Program-made: the position numbers and the translations under genes
Part shown: positions 20,896-30,950 of the stretch, in pieces
How the letters are laid out: every line of letters starts with the position of its first letter
Numbering within the stretch: position 1 is the first letter of the stretch
Source: Thermodesulfobacteriota bacterium
Lineage (GTDB): Bacteria > Desulfobacterota > Anaeroferrophillalia > Anaeroferrophillales > Tharpellaceae
Direction: 5' to 3'
NCBI GenBank assembly: GCA_024763535.1
Contig: JANTFH010000005.1
Location: forward strand, 4,612-68,611
DNA: 64,000 nt
Notes under the pieces: model-generated
What the model saw: only the letters and a program-made list of their open reading frames with translations
Told to the model about the DNA's origin: nothing
The model's database searches: none

Positions 20896-22479
20896 ATGAA
20901 TGAACTAGGTTTTCCGATAATCAGCCTTGTGACCTTTTTTCCGATCTTCGGGGCGTTGATCCTGATGTTTATCGATAAAGAGGCCAAAGATACGCTCCGG
21001 GGCACTGCCATGGTTTTTGCCATGATTGAGTTCTTTATCTCTCTGCCGATCATCTTCGCATTTCAAAGCGGTACTGCAGATATGCAGTTCGTGGAGCGCT
21101 ACACCTGGATTAAGAGTGCCGGTTTAAGTTATTATATCGGTCTGGACGGTATCAGTCTCTGGATCTTTATGCTGACCACCTTCTTAACTCCGATCTGTGT
21201 TTTGTGTTCCTGGAACTATATTCAGAAACGGGTCAAAGAGTTCATGATCTGCCTCCTGTTACTGGAGACGGCCATGCTGGGGGCTCTGGTCTCCCTGGAC
21301 CTGATCCTTTTCTATATCTTCTGGGAACTGATGCTGATTCCGATGTATTTCCTGATCGGAGTCTGGGGTGGAGACAATCGGATCTATGCCGCAGTTAAGT
21401 TTTTTATCTATACCGCCGCCGGTTCGGTCTTCATGCTGCTCTCGATATTCTTTCTCTACTATTACAACCATAAGGTCACCGGCGTCTATACCTTTGATCT
21501 GCTGGAACTTTACAAACTTAATATTCCGGTATCGACCCAGTTCTGGCTCTGTCTGACCTTTTTTGTCTCGTTCGCCATTAAGGTACCGATGTTTCCGCTC
21601 CACACCTGGCTGCCGGATGCTCATGTCCAGGCTCCGACGGCCGGTAGTGTAATTTTGGCAGGTGTTCTCTTGAAAATGGGAACTTACGGTTTCATGCGCT
21701 TTGCGATTCCGCTCTTTCCCTACGCCAGTCATCAGTTTACACCGGTTATTGCGACATTAGCGGTAATCGGCATCATCTACGGGGCTCTGGTAGCCCTGAT
21801 CCAGCCTGATATGAAGAAACTGGTTGCCTATTCCAGTGTCAGTCACTTGGGTTATGTCATGCTCGGTATCTTTGCTTTCAATATGCAGGGGGTTGAGGGT
21901 GGTCTCTATCAGATGCTCAACCATGGTATCAGTACCGGCGCTCTCTTCCTGATCGTCGGTATGCTTTATGAGCGTCGTCATACCCGGATGATCAAGGATT
22001 TCGGTGGTATCGCCAAGGTGATGCCGGTCTATGCCACCTTTTTCATGATTATGACCCTGTCATCAATTGCGGTTCCCGGAACCAACGGTTTCGTCGGCGA
22101 GTTTATGATCCTGGTCGGAGCTTTCCGCTCAATTCCGATGCATGCTGTTTTTGCCACTTCCGGGGCCATCCTCGGGGCGCTTTATATGCTCTGGATGTAT
22201 CAGCGGGTGATGTTTCAGCCCCTCGATAAAGAGGAAAACAAGGTCTTGAAAGATCTCAATGCCCGGGAAATTGTGACTCTGCTGCCGCTGGCGATACTGG
22301 TTTTCGTTATGGGTTTCTTTCCTGGTTATTTCATCAATAAGATGGACGCTTCATGTCAGCACTTCCTGAAAAACTATAATCAGCAGGTGGCCATGTATGA
22401 ACAGCAGGTTGAAGATGGCAGTGCCGCCAAACTGGCCGCGGTGATGAGTGACAATAATTTAGAGAAGAAGATCGACTGA
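20896..22479 (+). CDS. nuoM: NADH-quinone oxidoreductase subunit M
   Basis: FWELMLIPMYFLIG, KVPMFPLHTWLPDAHVQAPTAGSVILAGVLLKMG. Confidence 0.97.
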   Translation: MNELGFPIISLVTFFPIFGALILMFIDKEAKDTLRGTAMVFAMIEFFISLPIIFAFQSGTADMQFVERYTWIKSAGLSYYIGLDGISLWIFMLTTFLTPICVLCSWNYIQKRVKEFMICLLLLETAMLGALVSLDLILFYIFWELMLIPMYFLIGVWGGDNRIYAAVKFFIYTAAGSVFMLLSIFFLYYYNHKVTGVYTFDLLELYKLNIPVSTQFWLCLTFFVSFAIKVPMFPLHTWLPDAHVQAPTAGSVILAGVLLKMGTYGFMRFAIPLFPYASHQFTPVIATLAVIGIIYGALVALIQPDMKKLVAYSSVSHLGYVMLGIFAFNMQGVEGGLYQMLNHGISTGALFLIVGMLYERRHTRMIKDFGGIAKVMPVYATFFMIMTLSSIAVPGTNGFVGEFMILVGAFRSIPMHAVFATSGAILGALYMLWMYQRVMFQPLDKEENKVLKDLNAREIVTLLPLAILVFVMGFFPGYFINKMDASCQHFLKNYNQQVAMYEQQVEDGSAAKLAAVMSDNNLEKKID

Positions 22480-22622
22480 TTTAATCTTTATTTAAGGTGG
22501 AACCCGGCCCGAACTGTTTATATTAAGTTTCCGGAAATCCGGGATACATGCCGGCTGGCTTATCCCAGACTGTGCAATATACAAATTATTATATTTTTTA
22601 AGATAAATTTTGGAGGAGAGTG

Positions 22623-24092
22623 ATGGAAATGCTGGATTTTGTTGTCCCGGCACTCAATCTTAAGGCAATTCTGCCGCAGTTGATCCTGGCCTTGACGGCA
22701 TTGACCGTACTATTGGTCGATGTCTTTGCCAAAGGCAAGGGTAAAACCTCCCTGGGAGCCTTGTCACTGGCGGGGGTGGTTGCCGCTTTAATTACTCTCA
22801 TGCTGTCTCGCGGCAGTCATGAATCGGCCTATGCCGGTATGCTGATGGCGGATGGCTTCGGTTTTTTCATCACCCTGATTGTCTGTATCGTTACCTTTTT
22901 GACGATTCTTGCTTCGATCAATTATGAACGTATCTGTCCTGATATCAAGGCCGGTGAGTTTTATTGCCTGATGCTGTTTGCCGCTTTCGGGATGTCCTTT
23001 ATGGGGAATGCCGGCAACCTGATTATGATCTTCGTGGCTCTGGAAACCATGTCTATCTCGATCTATGTTCTGGCCGGCTTCAAGACCTCTGATGCGAAAT
23101 CGATCGAGTCGGCATTGAAATATTTTCTCCTGGGAGCCTTTGCCTCGGGATTTCTGCTCTTCGGATTTGCCCTGGTTTACGGTGCCGCCGGAACCCTGGA
23201 TATCGTCAAACTCGGTGCCTTCTTCACTGCTAACCCCGACTCACTGCATCATCCTATGGTTTTAGGCGGTATGGCATTGATGACGGTGGGCTTCGGCTTT
23301 AAGGTTGCCATGTTCCCGTTTCACATGTGGACTCCGGATGTCTATGAAGGGGCTCCGACCGTGGTTACCGGATTTATGGCCACCGGGGTCAAGGCCGCAG
23401 CCTTTGCCGCGTTGGTAAGGGTATTTTTCGTTGGTTTTGCGCCGCTGCAGGCCGACTGGACGACGATCATGTGGGTAGCGGCGTTGCTGACGATGACCAT
23501 CGGCAACCTGGTTGCGATCTCACAGACCAATATCAAACGGATGCTGGCCTATTCCAGTATCGCTCATGCCGGTTACCTTCTGGTCGGCTTTGTGGTCGGT
23601 ACCGAACTGGCCCGTTCCGGTATGCTCTTTTATCTTTTAGCCTACGCCTTTGCCAATATCGGAGCTTTTGCGGTAATCTCCGCCATGGGTAAAGATGGAG
23701 AAGAGTATACCGAGCTTAATGATTTCTCCGGGGCCGGTTTTAAATATCCCTTCCTGGGTCTGATGATGAGCATCTTTATCTTCTCCATGGCCGGGATTCC
23801 TCCGGCGGCGGGTTTTATGGGTAAATTCTTCATCTTCTCGGAAGCGATTAAATCCGGATATATCTGGCTGGCGATCTTCGGAGTCATCAACAGCGTAATC
23901 TCGCTTTACTACTATCTTGGGGTTATCGTGCGCATGTACTTCAAGGAGCCCGAGCGCGAAATCACAATCATGGCTCCGGCCGGAACCATGATTGCCGCTC
24001 TCTCGATTGCCGCTTTCGCGGTTCTGCAGATGGGAATCTTTCCCTCCTATATCTGGGATCTGGCAAGAGAGTCGGTGAAGATGATTATGTAG
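22623..24092 (+). CDS. nuoN: NADH-quinone oxidoreductase subunit N
   Basis: ESALKYFLLGAFAS, FKVAMFPFHMWTPDVYEGAP, NIKRMLAYSSIAHAGY. Confidence 0.97.
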   Translation: MEMLDFVVPALNLKAILPQLILALTALTVLLVDVFAKGKGKTSLGALSLAGVVAALITLMLSRGSHESAYAGMLMADGFGFFITLIVCIVTFLTILASINYERICPDIKAGEFYCLMLFAAFGMSFMGNAGNLIMIFVALETMSISIYVLAGFKTSDAKSIESALKYFLLGAFASGFLLFGFALVYGAAGTLDIVKLGAFFTANPDSLHHPMVLGGMALMTVGFGFKVAMFPFHMWTPDVYEGAPTVVTGFMATGVKAAAFAALVRVFFVGFAPLQADWTTIMWVAALLTMTIGNLVAISQTNIKRMLAYSSIAHAGYLLVGFVVGTELARSGMLFYLLAYAFANIGAFAVISAMGKDGEEYTELNDFSGAGFKYPFLGLMMSIFIFSMAGIPPAAGFMGKFFIFSEAIKSGYIWLAIFGVINSVISLYYYLGVIVRMYFKEPEREITIMAPAGTMIAALSIAAFAVLQMGIFPSYIWDLARESVKMIM

Positions 24093-24121
24093 TTTATGTT
24101 GAGCAGAGTTATCATTAATGT

Positions 24122-24156
24122 AAAAAAGGGTATGGAATTTTCCATACCCTTTTTTT
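24122..24156. terminator. Bidirectional terminator between convergent nuoN and livF
   Basis: AAAAAAGGGTATGGA / TCCATACCCTTTTTT inverted repeat. Confidence 0.9.
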
Positions 24157-24195
24157 ATAAAACAGTCTTAATCTGGCTACTAAAAGCTGACTTGT

Positions 24196-24939
24196 TTATC
24201 CCAGGTAGGCTTTATGGATCTCCGGGTTTTGCAGAAGTTGCGCGGCATCGCCGGAGAGGATGATCTCGCCGGTTTCGAGGAGATAGCCGCGATGGGCAAA
24301 ATCGAGGGCGAGTTTGGCATTCTGTTCAATCAGGAGAATGGTCATGCCGTCCTCATTTAGTCTTTTCAGGGCCCTGAACATATCATACATCAAGAGCGGC
24401 GCCAGGCCCATGGAGGGCTCGTCCAGCATCAGGAATGTGCAGCCCGACATAAGGGCCCGGCCGACCGCCAGCATCTGCTGTTCGCCACCGCTTAAGGATT
24501 CGCTGCGTTGATTACGGCGTTCCGCAAGGCGGGGGAAAAGTTCAAAAACATGGTCGTAATCATGGTTTAAATCATCCGTTTTGGGGCGTGAAAAAGTGGC
24601 CAGGGTGAGGTTTTCCGTAACCGTTAGATTGCCGAATATATGGCGGCCTTCCGGGGCCAGAGCGCAATGGAGATTGCGGACAACGTCATGGGCTGCGGTT
24701 TTCAGGATTGATTGGCCGTTGATCAGAATATCGCCGGCGGAGACCTTGGGTGCTTCCGGCGGAGGCAGCCGGGTGATACTGTGCAGGGTAGTAGTTTTAC
24801 CGGCTCCGTTGGCACCGATAAGCGTGACGATTTCGCCTTTTTCAACGACAAAGCTGATGCCGTGCAGAGCCGTAATATTGCCGTATTTAACTTCCAGATT
24901 ACGGACTTCGAGAAAAGGGGTTTTACCGGAACTGTTCAT
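24196..24939 (-). CDS. livF: Branched-chain amino acid ABC transporter ATP-binding protein
   Basis: GANGAGKTT, PEGRHIF, LSGGEQQMLAVGRALM, LDEPSMGLAP. Confidence 0.93.
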   Translation of the reverse strand: MNSSGKTPFLEVRNLEVKYGNITALHGISFVVEKGEIVTLIGANGAGKTTTLHSITRLPPPEAPKVSAGDILINGQSILKTAAHDVVRNLHCALAPEGRHIFGNLTVTENLTLATFSRPKTDDLNHDYDHVFELFPRLAERRNQRSESLSGGEQQMLAVGRALMSGCTFLMLDEPSMGLAPLLMYDMFRALKRLNEDGMTILLIEQNAKLALDFAHRGYLLETGEIILSGDAAQLLQNPEIHKAYLG

Positions 24940-24948
24940 AAATTTCTC

Positions 24949-25716
24949 TTATATTTGGTCATCGCCCAGGTAAGCCTTGATGACTTCATGATTCTGCTGA
25001 ATCTCTTCCGGCGTACCGGTGGCGATCAGGCGTCCAAAATCGATTACCGAGATTCGTGAACAGAGGCTCATAACTACCTTCATCTGATGCTCAATCATCC
25101 AGATAGTAAGATCAAACTGTTCGAAAACCCAGCGAATAAGTTCAATCAGCTCACTTACATCCGTGGCCTGGAGTCCGGCTGCCGGTTCATCTAAGAGCAG
25201 CAGTTTAGGGTCAGCGGAGAGAGCCCGGACAATCTCAACCTTGCGCTGCATACCGTAAGGCAGGTTGGAGGGTTTCTCTTCCGCGTATTTATCGATTTTG
25301 AAAATTTCCAGCAGCTCCATGGCGTGATGGCGTATATCTTTCTCTCGTTTAAGATAGCGAGGCGTTCTAAAGAAGAGGCCACCCAGTCCGTAGCCCAGAT
25401 TATAGTGCTGAGCCACGAGAATATTGTCTAAAACCGACATCTCTTTCCAGAGGCGGATATTCTGAAAGGTTCGGGATATGCCTAAAGCTGAAACCTTGTG
25501 CGGTTTTAAGCCGGCCAGACTCTGACCCTGGAACCGGATATCTCCCTGACTCGGCTGATAATAGCCGCTGACGATGTTGAATACCGTGGTTTTCCCGGCT
25601 CCGTTCGGGCCGATCAGGCCGACCAGTTCCCGCTCGTCAAGAGACAGATTTAGTTCGGAAACGGCGCAGAGGCCACTGAACAGCTGGGTCAGATCTTTTA
25701 TTTCGAGTAAGGACAT
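24949..25716 (-). CDS. livG: Branched-chain amino acid ABC transporter ATP-binding protein
   Basis: GPNGAGKTTVFN, RTFQNIRL, LPYGMQRKVEIVRAL, VIKAYLG. Confidence 0.93.
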   Translation of the reverse strand: MSLLEIKDLTQLFSGLCAVSELNLSLDERELVGLIGPNGAGKTTVFNIVSGYYQPSQGDIRFQGQSLAGLKPHKVSALGISRTFQNIRLWKEMSVLDNILVAQHYNLGYGLGGLFFRTPRYLKREKDIRHHAMELLEIFKIDKYAEEKPSNLPYGMQRKVEIVRALSADPKLLLLDEPAAGLQATDVSELIELIRWVFEQFDLTIWMIEHQMKVVMSLCSRISVIDFGRLIATGTPEEIQQNHEVIKAYLGDDQI

Positions 25717-25730
25717 ACTTAAATCGTCAG

Positions 25731-26744
25731 CTACTTAAATTTGTAGAACTTTTTCAGTTTAGGGAAGATATCACTCAATTCGCGATGGCCCATGATGCCC
25801 TCCGGGCGGAACTGCATGATAATTATTAAAAGTAGGGGAATGGCTACCCATTTAATGATCTGCAGTGGTCGTAACAATTCCAGTAACAGGGTGAAAATGA
25901 CCGCCGAGAGGATGGATCCGGTGATTGAACCCATGCCTCCGAGATAGACCATAACCAGGGCTTCAGTAGATTTCAGAATATCAAATGATTTTGGATTTAC
26001 GTAACCGACGGCATGGGCGTAGAGTCCCCCGGCAATCCCGGCCAGGCCGGATGAGATCATAAAGGTCACCAGCTTGATGCGGTTGGTGTTGACACTCATA
26101 ATCTCGGCTGCGACTTCGTCCTGGCGGATCGCCTCTACCCCTTTGCCGTAGGTTGAGGTCATATAGCGCCGGATAATGATGACGGTAAGTACCGTAAAGA
26201 CAAAGACCCAGAGTACCATCCAGGGAATCTCGGCACACTCTTCCATTGCGAAGATAACCCGTTTCATACCCATGAATCCACGAGCCCCGCCGATTTTGTC
26301 GATATTAATAATAGCTGTGATAATAATGTAATTGGCGGCAATGGTGATAATTGCCAGATAGTCATCCCGGGTGCGGAAAGAGGGGATCGCGATTAAGAGA
26401 CCGGTAAGGGCTGACGCAATCCCGCCGCAGATCAGGACAAATGGAAAGCCGTAGGCCGCCAGTTCCGGCGGCAGCAGCGGTGCCCCGAAGATTTTACTTT
26501 TAGTAAAAAGAGCCACCGAGAGTACGGAGGAGACGTAGGCTCCCACCGCAATGAATCCGGCATGACCGCAGGAAAATTCTCCCATGTTTCCGTTGACCAG
26601 ATTAAGGCTGGTTGAGGTGATGATATTGATGCCCATGAACAGGATGATCGTCTGGATGTAGAGATCGATAACCTCGAAGTAGGCCAACCCCATCAACAGG
26701 GACAGCAGGAGAAAAAGCAGTATGGGGACGCAGAGACGTTTCAT
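25731..26744 (-). CDS. livM: Branched-chain amino acid ABC transporter permease
   Basis: GEFSCGHAGFIAVGAY, DDYLAIIT, MVYLGGMGSITG, FRPEGIMG. Confidence 0.9.
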   Translation of the reverse strand: MKRLCVPILLFLLLSLLMGLAYFEVIDLYIQTIILFMGINIITSTSLNLVNGNMGEFSCGHAGFIAVGAYVSSVLSVALFTKSKIFGAPLLPPELAAYGFPFVLICGGIASALTGLLIAIPSFRTRDDYLAIITIAANYIIITAIINIDKIGGARGFMGMKRVIFAMEECAEIPWMVLWVFVFTVLTVIIIRRYMTSTYGKGVEAIRQDEVAAEIMSVNTNRIKLVTFMISSGLAGIAGGLYAHAVGYVNPKSFDILKSTEALVMVYLGGMGSITGSILSAVIFTLLLELLRPLQIIKWVAIPLLLIIIMQFRPEGIMGHRELSDIFPKLKKFYKFK

Positions 26745-27667
26745 CAGATTTTTGTGGTATGGGGGACGCCGAAGAGCCCGGTGGGTTTGAGAGTGAGAAT
26801 GACAAGAAGGATCGAAAAGGCGATCAGGTCACGGTAGGATGAGGGGAAAACCGCAACCACCGAGATCTCGATGATGCCGAGGATGAAGCCGCCGACAAAA
26901 GCCCCGCGAATATCGCCGATACCACCGACAACGGCAGCGATAAAAGCTTTCCAGCCGATTGACATACCCATATAGGGATCCAGAATCGGGTAGGAGAGGG
27001 CAAACAGAATTCCCGCCAGCCCGGCCATGGCTGAGCCAAGCACAAACGTAAACACAATGACGACGTCCACCGGAATACCCATCAGGGGGATGGCGAATTT
27101 ATCATAGGAGATGGCCCGCATGGCCATGCCTACTTTGGTTCTGGTGATGATGAAGTGGAGGACGATAAAACTTAAAATAGAGGTTAAGATAACTCCGACT
27201 TTCAGGTTGGTAACATAGATAGCGCCGAATTTATAGACGACCTTGTCGATCATCTCGGGGAATTTTTTACGGCTCGCACCGAGCAGTAGTAAATTCCCGT
27301 TTTCCAGAACCAGCCCGGCCATTAAAGCCGTAATCACAACATAGAGACGATGGGCTCCCTTACGTCGCAGGGGACGGTAGGCAATACGTTCGATCGTGAC
27401 CCCGACCAGTGAAGTGAGCACCATGGTCAGGGGAATGGTTAAAGCCAGAACCGCCCATCCCGGCATGACCTGGGGCATGCCGTATTTACCGAGCAGGGCA
27501 CTGGAGATAAAAAAGGCGATATAGGCCCCGACCATGACAATATCGCCGTGAGCGAAGTTGATCAGTCTTAAAACCCCGTAAACCAGGGTGTAACCTAAAG
27601 CAATCAGGGAGTAAAAACTTCCCCACTGCATGGCATTGAGCAGATTTTGTAAAAAGGTATCAAGCAC
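26744..27667 (-). CDS. livH: Branched-chain amino acid ABC transporter permease
   Basis: YSLIALGYTLVYGVLRLINFAHGDIVMVGAY and KAFIAAVVGGIG. Start set at GTG 27667 because the track start (27748) lies in an intergenic hairpin. Confidence 0.9.
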   Translation of the reverse strand: MLDTFLQNLLNAMQWGSFYSLIALGYTLVYGVLRLINFAHGDIVMVGAYIAFFISSALLGKYGMPQVMPGWAVLALTIPLTMVLTSLVGVTIERIAYRPLRRKGAHRLYVVITALMAGLVLENGNLLLLGASRKKFPEMIDKVVYKFGAIYVTNLKVGVILTSILSFIVLHFIITRTKVGMAMRAISYDKFAIPLMGIPVDVVIVFTFVLGSAMAGLAGILFALSYPILDPYMGMSIGWKAFIAAVVGGIGDIRGAFVGGFILGIIEISVVAVFPSSYRDLIAFSILLVILTLKPTGLFGVPHTTKI

Positions 27668-27743
27668 GACTTTGTAATGATCTAATAAGCAGTTGAAAAG
27701 TTGGCATGGATTGGTCGGCAACCGGTTAAGCGTGGTTTTAAAA

Positions 27744-27800
27744 AGCAAGGGGGCACAGAGGCCGGCAGAAAACTTTTCTGTGAGCTCTGTGCTCCCTGCT
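27744..27800 (-). promoter_or_regulatory. Intercistronic hairpin after livK (mRNA stabiliser or partial terminator)
   Basis: AGCAAGGGGGCACAGAG / CTCTGTGCTCCCTGCT imperfect inverted repeat with an inner CAGAAAA/TTTTCTG hairpin. Confidence 0.55.
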
Positions 27801-27821
27801 TATGTTGCTGAATAGATGTGG

Positions 27822-28988
27822 TTAGGGACATACCGACTTGGTGAAAACAAATTCCCCTTTTTCATTGATTCGGACGACCACGGCACATTTGATCGGGTCA
27901 CCTTGATCATCAAATCTCATGTTGCCGGTGATGCCGGCAAAGCTCTTAATATTGGCCATTGACTCCCGCAGAGCTTTGCGGTCTTTACGTAATTTACCGC
28001 TCAATTTGCCGCCTTCCTGAAGCGCCTGAAGAACCAGCCGGGTAGCATCCCAGGTCAAGGCCGCAACATCATCCGGGATATAACCATACTTTTTATTGTA
28101 GCGGTCGATAAATTTTTTGGTTGCGCCTTTAGCTCCGGCTGCGGCGTAGTGAGTTGAGAAATATTGGCCGATGCAGTCATCGCCGCAGAGATTCATAAGT
28201 TCAGCTGAACCCCAGGCGTCAGAGCCCATAAACGGCCCCTTCCAGCCCAGATCATGGGCCTGTTTGACCGTCAGAGCGACTTCATTATAGTTGTTGGGGA
28301 GAAAGATAAAATCCGGTTTAGAAGCAATAATTTTGGTCAGCTGAGCGCTGAAATCCTGATCTTTGTCGCCGTAGCTTTCAAAAGCGACTACCGAACCTTT
28401 ACCGTTCTTCTTTTCAAAGTCGGCTTTGAAAATCTCAGCCAGACCTTTGCTGTAATCGTTTGCCAGGGCATAAAGGACAGCTGCTTTTTTGGCCTTGAAC
28501 TGTTCCATAGCGAAATCTACGGCCACCGGCCCCTGGAAGGGGTCAAGAAAAGCGGCGCGGAAGACGTAAGGGCGATCTAAAGTAGTATCGGGGTTGGTGG
28601 ACCAGGGTGAGACCATAACGGTCTGGTTTAAGTCAGCAATTTCGCCGGCCGGAACCGCCTGTTTGCTGGAGTTCGGACCGATAATTGCCAGAACCTTGTT
28701 ACGGTCGATCAGTTTCTGGGCTACGGCTACCGCAGATTCGGCTTTCGATTCATTATCTTCATAGATGAATTCCAGTTTATATTTCTTGTCACCGACCTTT
28801 AATCCTCCCTGACCGTTAATATCGGCTTTCAGCATTTCGGCGGCAAATTTTGAGGACTCACCGACCTTTGGGATCTCGCCGGTCAAGGGGATGTTGAAAC
28901 CGATTTTGATGGTGTCGGCGGCCAGGCCATTACCGAACATCATGCAGGATAGAAACAGGGCTAGAACCAAAGTTGAAACTTTTTTCAT
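27822..28988 (-). CDS. livK: Branched-chain amino acid ABC transporter substrate-binding protein
   Basis: Signal peptide MKKVSTLVLAL.., IKIGFNIPLTG, YVFRAAFLDPFQG, DFSAQLTKI, FAGITGNMRFD. GGAGGAG RBS. Confidence 0.9.
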   Translation of the reverse strand: MKKVSTLVLALFLSCMMFGNGLAADTIKIGFNIPLTGEIPKVGESSKFAAEMLKADINGQGGLKVGDKKYKLEFIYEDNESKAESAVAVAQKLIDRNKVLAIIGPNSSKQAVPAGEIADLNQTVMVSPWSTNPDTTLDRPYVFRAAFLDPFQGPVAVDFAMEQFKAKKAAVLYALANDYSKGLAEIFKADFEKKNGKGSVVAFESYGDKDQDFSAQLTKIIASKPDFIFLPNNYNEVALTVKQAHDLGWKGPFMGSDAWGSAELMNLCGDDCIGQYFSTHYAAAGAKGATKKFIDRYNKKYGYIPDDVAALTWDATRLVLQALQEGGKLSGKLRKDRKALRESMANIKSFAGITGNMRFDDQGDPIKCAVVVRINEKGEFVFTKSVCP

Positions 28989-29187
28989 GACGGTCTCCTC
29001 CAAGAGTAGTTAAATGTTTATTTTTTTAAGGCCATTCGCCTTAACAGGTTGGGGCCCGATTCGTCAAGTTTTTAATCAATTTACGGCAAATTTTTTGCCC
29101 ATAAAACGCTTGCTCTTTTTTTCACGGTCTGTTAGTTGCTGATTTTAGGGGCAGTTGAAAAAATAGAAATCCGGATGAGGTATCATT

Positions 29188-30810
29188 ATGACAAAATTCA
29201 AGGTTCTGGTAACCGATAATATCGCTTCAGAAGGGATCGATATTCTTACAGCAGACAGCTCAGTTACAGTTGAAATAAAGGTTGGAATAGATGTGCTTGA
29301 GCTGAAGCAGATCATCGGTAATTACGATGCCATCATTACCCGCAGCGGCACCACAGTGACCGCTGATTTGATTGAAAATCCCGGTAGATTAAAAATAATC
29401 GGCCGGGCCGGGGTCGGTCTTGATAATGTAGATATTGAAGCTGCCAGTATCAAGGGGATTATTGTTATGAATGCCCCGACCGGAAACACGATTGCGGCGA
29501 CCGAGTTAACTATCGGCATGATGCTTTCGGCCTGCCGCAAGATTCCGGCGGCCAATATCTCGCTGAAAAACCGGGAGTGGAATCGTAAGAAATATATGGG
29601 TATCCAGCTTTACGGTAAGACCCTGGGGATAGTGGGTCTGGGTCGGATCGGTGGTAATGTGGCGATCCGGGCCAAAGGTTTCGGTATGCAGGTCGTCGCT
29701 TATGATCCTTACGTTAAAAAGGCCAAAGCTGAGGCTCATGGTGTAACCCTGTGTCAAACTTTGGATGAATTGCTGACAGCCAGTGATATTATTACGTTCC
29801 ACACGCCTTTAACCGATGAAACCAAGAATATGGTAGAGGCGTCCGAGATTGCCAAAATGAAAGACGGCGTGGTGCTTGTTAATTGCGCCCGGGGCGGGAT
29901 TATCAATGAAAATGATCTTTATGAGGCGGTGAAAAGCGGTAAGGTTTTTGCCGCCGGCGTCGATGTTTTTAGTCGCGAGCCCCTGGGTGAACATCCTCTT
30001 TTAGAACTTGATAATGTTTTTGTGACCCCGCATTTAGGGGCGAATACGGCCGAAGGTCAGAAAGGGGTGGCCGTGATTATCGCCGAACAGGTGGTTAACG
30101 CCTTAAATGACCGCTCTTATGAAAACGCGGTTAATATTCCCTATATGCGGGCTCAACTGCCGGGTGATATGCGGCACTACTTTGATCTGGCCGAGGCGAT
30201 GGGCCGGTTGGCTGCACAGGTGGTTAACGGCCGGGCCGAGCAGATCGAGATGATTATGGTGGGGAGTAAATTTATTGAAGATTTCGGTGAACGGGTTTTC
30301 GATTCGCCTTTCAATTTTCAGCCTTTCAGCAGTGCGGCCCTGAAAGGGTTCATGGAGCGCAGTGTTCCTGAGACGGTTTCGTTTATCAATGCTCCCTATC
30401 TTGCCCGGGAGCGAAATCTGGCAGTTTATGAGTCAAAAAAGAGCAGCTTTGCCAATATGAACGACCTTTTTGTCGTCAAAGTTAAAACTGATATTGAAGA
30501 GATGATGGTTGCCGGTACCGTATTCGGTGATGATCAGGGGCGAATCCTGATGCTTGACCAGTTTCGTCTGGAGATGGTTTCCGCCGGAACCTATCTCTAC
30601 TTCAAAAATGTCGACAAGCCGGGAATTGTCGGCGGGGTCGGGACGGTACTCGGTAACTATGGGGTAAATATCGCCGGTTTCAATCTCTCCCGGATTAAAG
30701 GCGGCAAAGCCGTTTCATTTGTTTCAGTTGATAACCAGATCACTCAGGAAGTTCTTAATGCCCTGCTTGAAATTGATGGACTGCTCGAAGCCAAGGTAGT
30801 GAGTTTGTAA
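29188..30810 (+). CDS. serA: D-3-phosphoglycerate dehydrogenase (type I, with ASB and ACT domains)
   Basis: IGRAGVGLDNVD, GLGRIG, NCARGGII, TPHLGANTAE, C-terminal DKPGIVG..VNIA. Confidence 0.95.
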   Translation: MTKFKVLVTDNIASEGIDILTADSSVTVEIKVGIDVLELKQIIGNYDAIITRSGTTVTADLIENPGRLKIIGRAGVGLDNVDIEAASIKGIIVMNAPTGNTIAATELTIGMMLSACRKIPAANISLKNREWNRKKYMGIQLYGKTLGIVGLGRIGGNVAIRAKGFGMQVVAYDPYVKKAKAEAHGVTLCQTLDELLTASDIITFHTPLTDETKNMVEASEIAKMKDGVVLVNCARGGIINENDLYEAVKSGKVFAAGVDVFSREPLGEHPLLELDNVFVTPHLGANTAEGQKGVAVIIAEQVVNALNDRSYENAVNIPYMRAQLPGDMRHYFDLAEAMGRLAAQVVNGRAEQIEMIMVGSKFIEDFGERVFDSPFNFQPFSSAALKGFMERSVPETVSFINAPYLARERNLAVYESKKSSFANMNDLFVVKVKTDIEEMMVAGTVFGDDQGRILMLDQFRLEMVSAGTYLYFKNVDKPGIVGGVGTVLGNYGVNIAGFNLSRIKGGKAVSFVSVDNQITQEVLNALLEIDGLLEAKVVSL

Positions 30811-30950
30811 CTGCCCGGTTCAAGGGTTTGTGACGGGGAAATAACTTGACAATTTGAAAGGGCATTTGCTAGAAGTCCGACGACGGTTTCTTCTGACTGC
30901 AGGCGACTTTTAGAATCCTGTTTTTTCAAAGGAGCTCGCAGTAATTCGGG

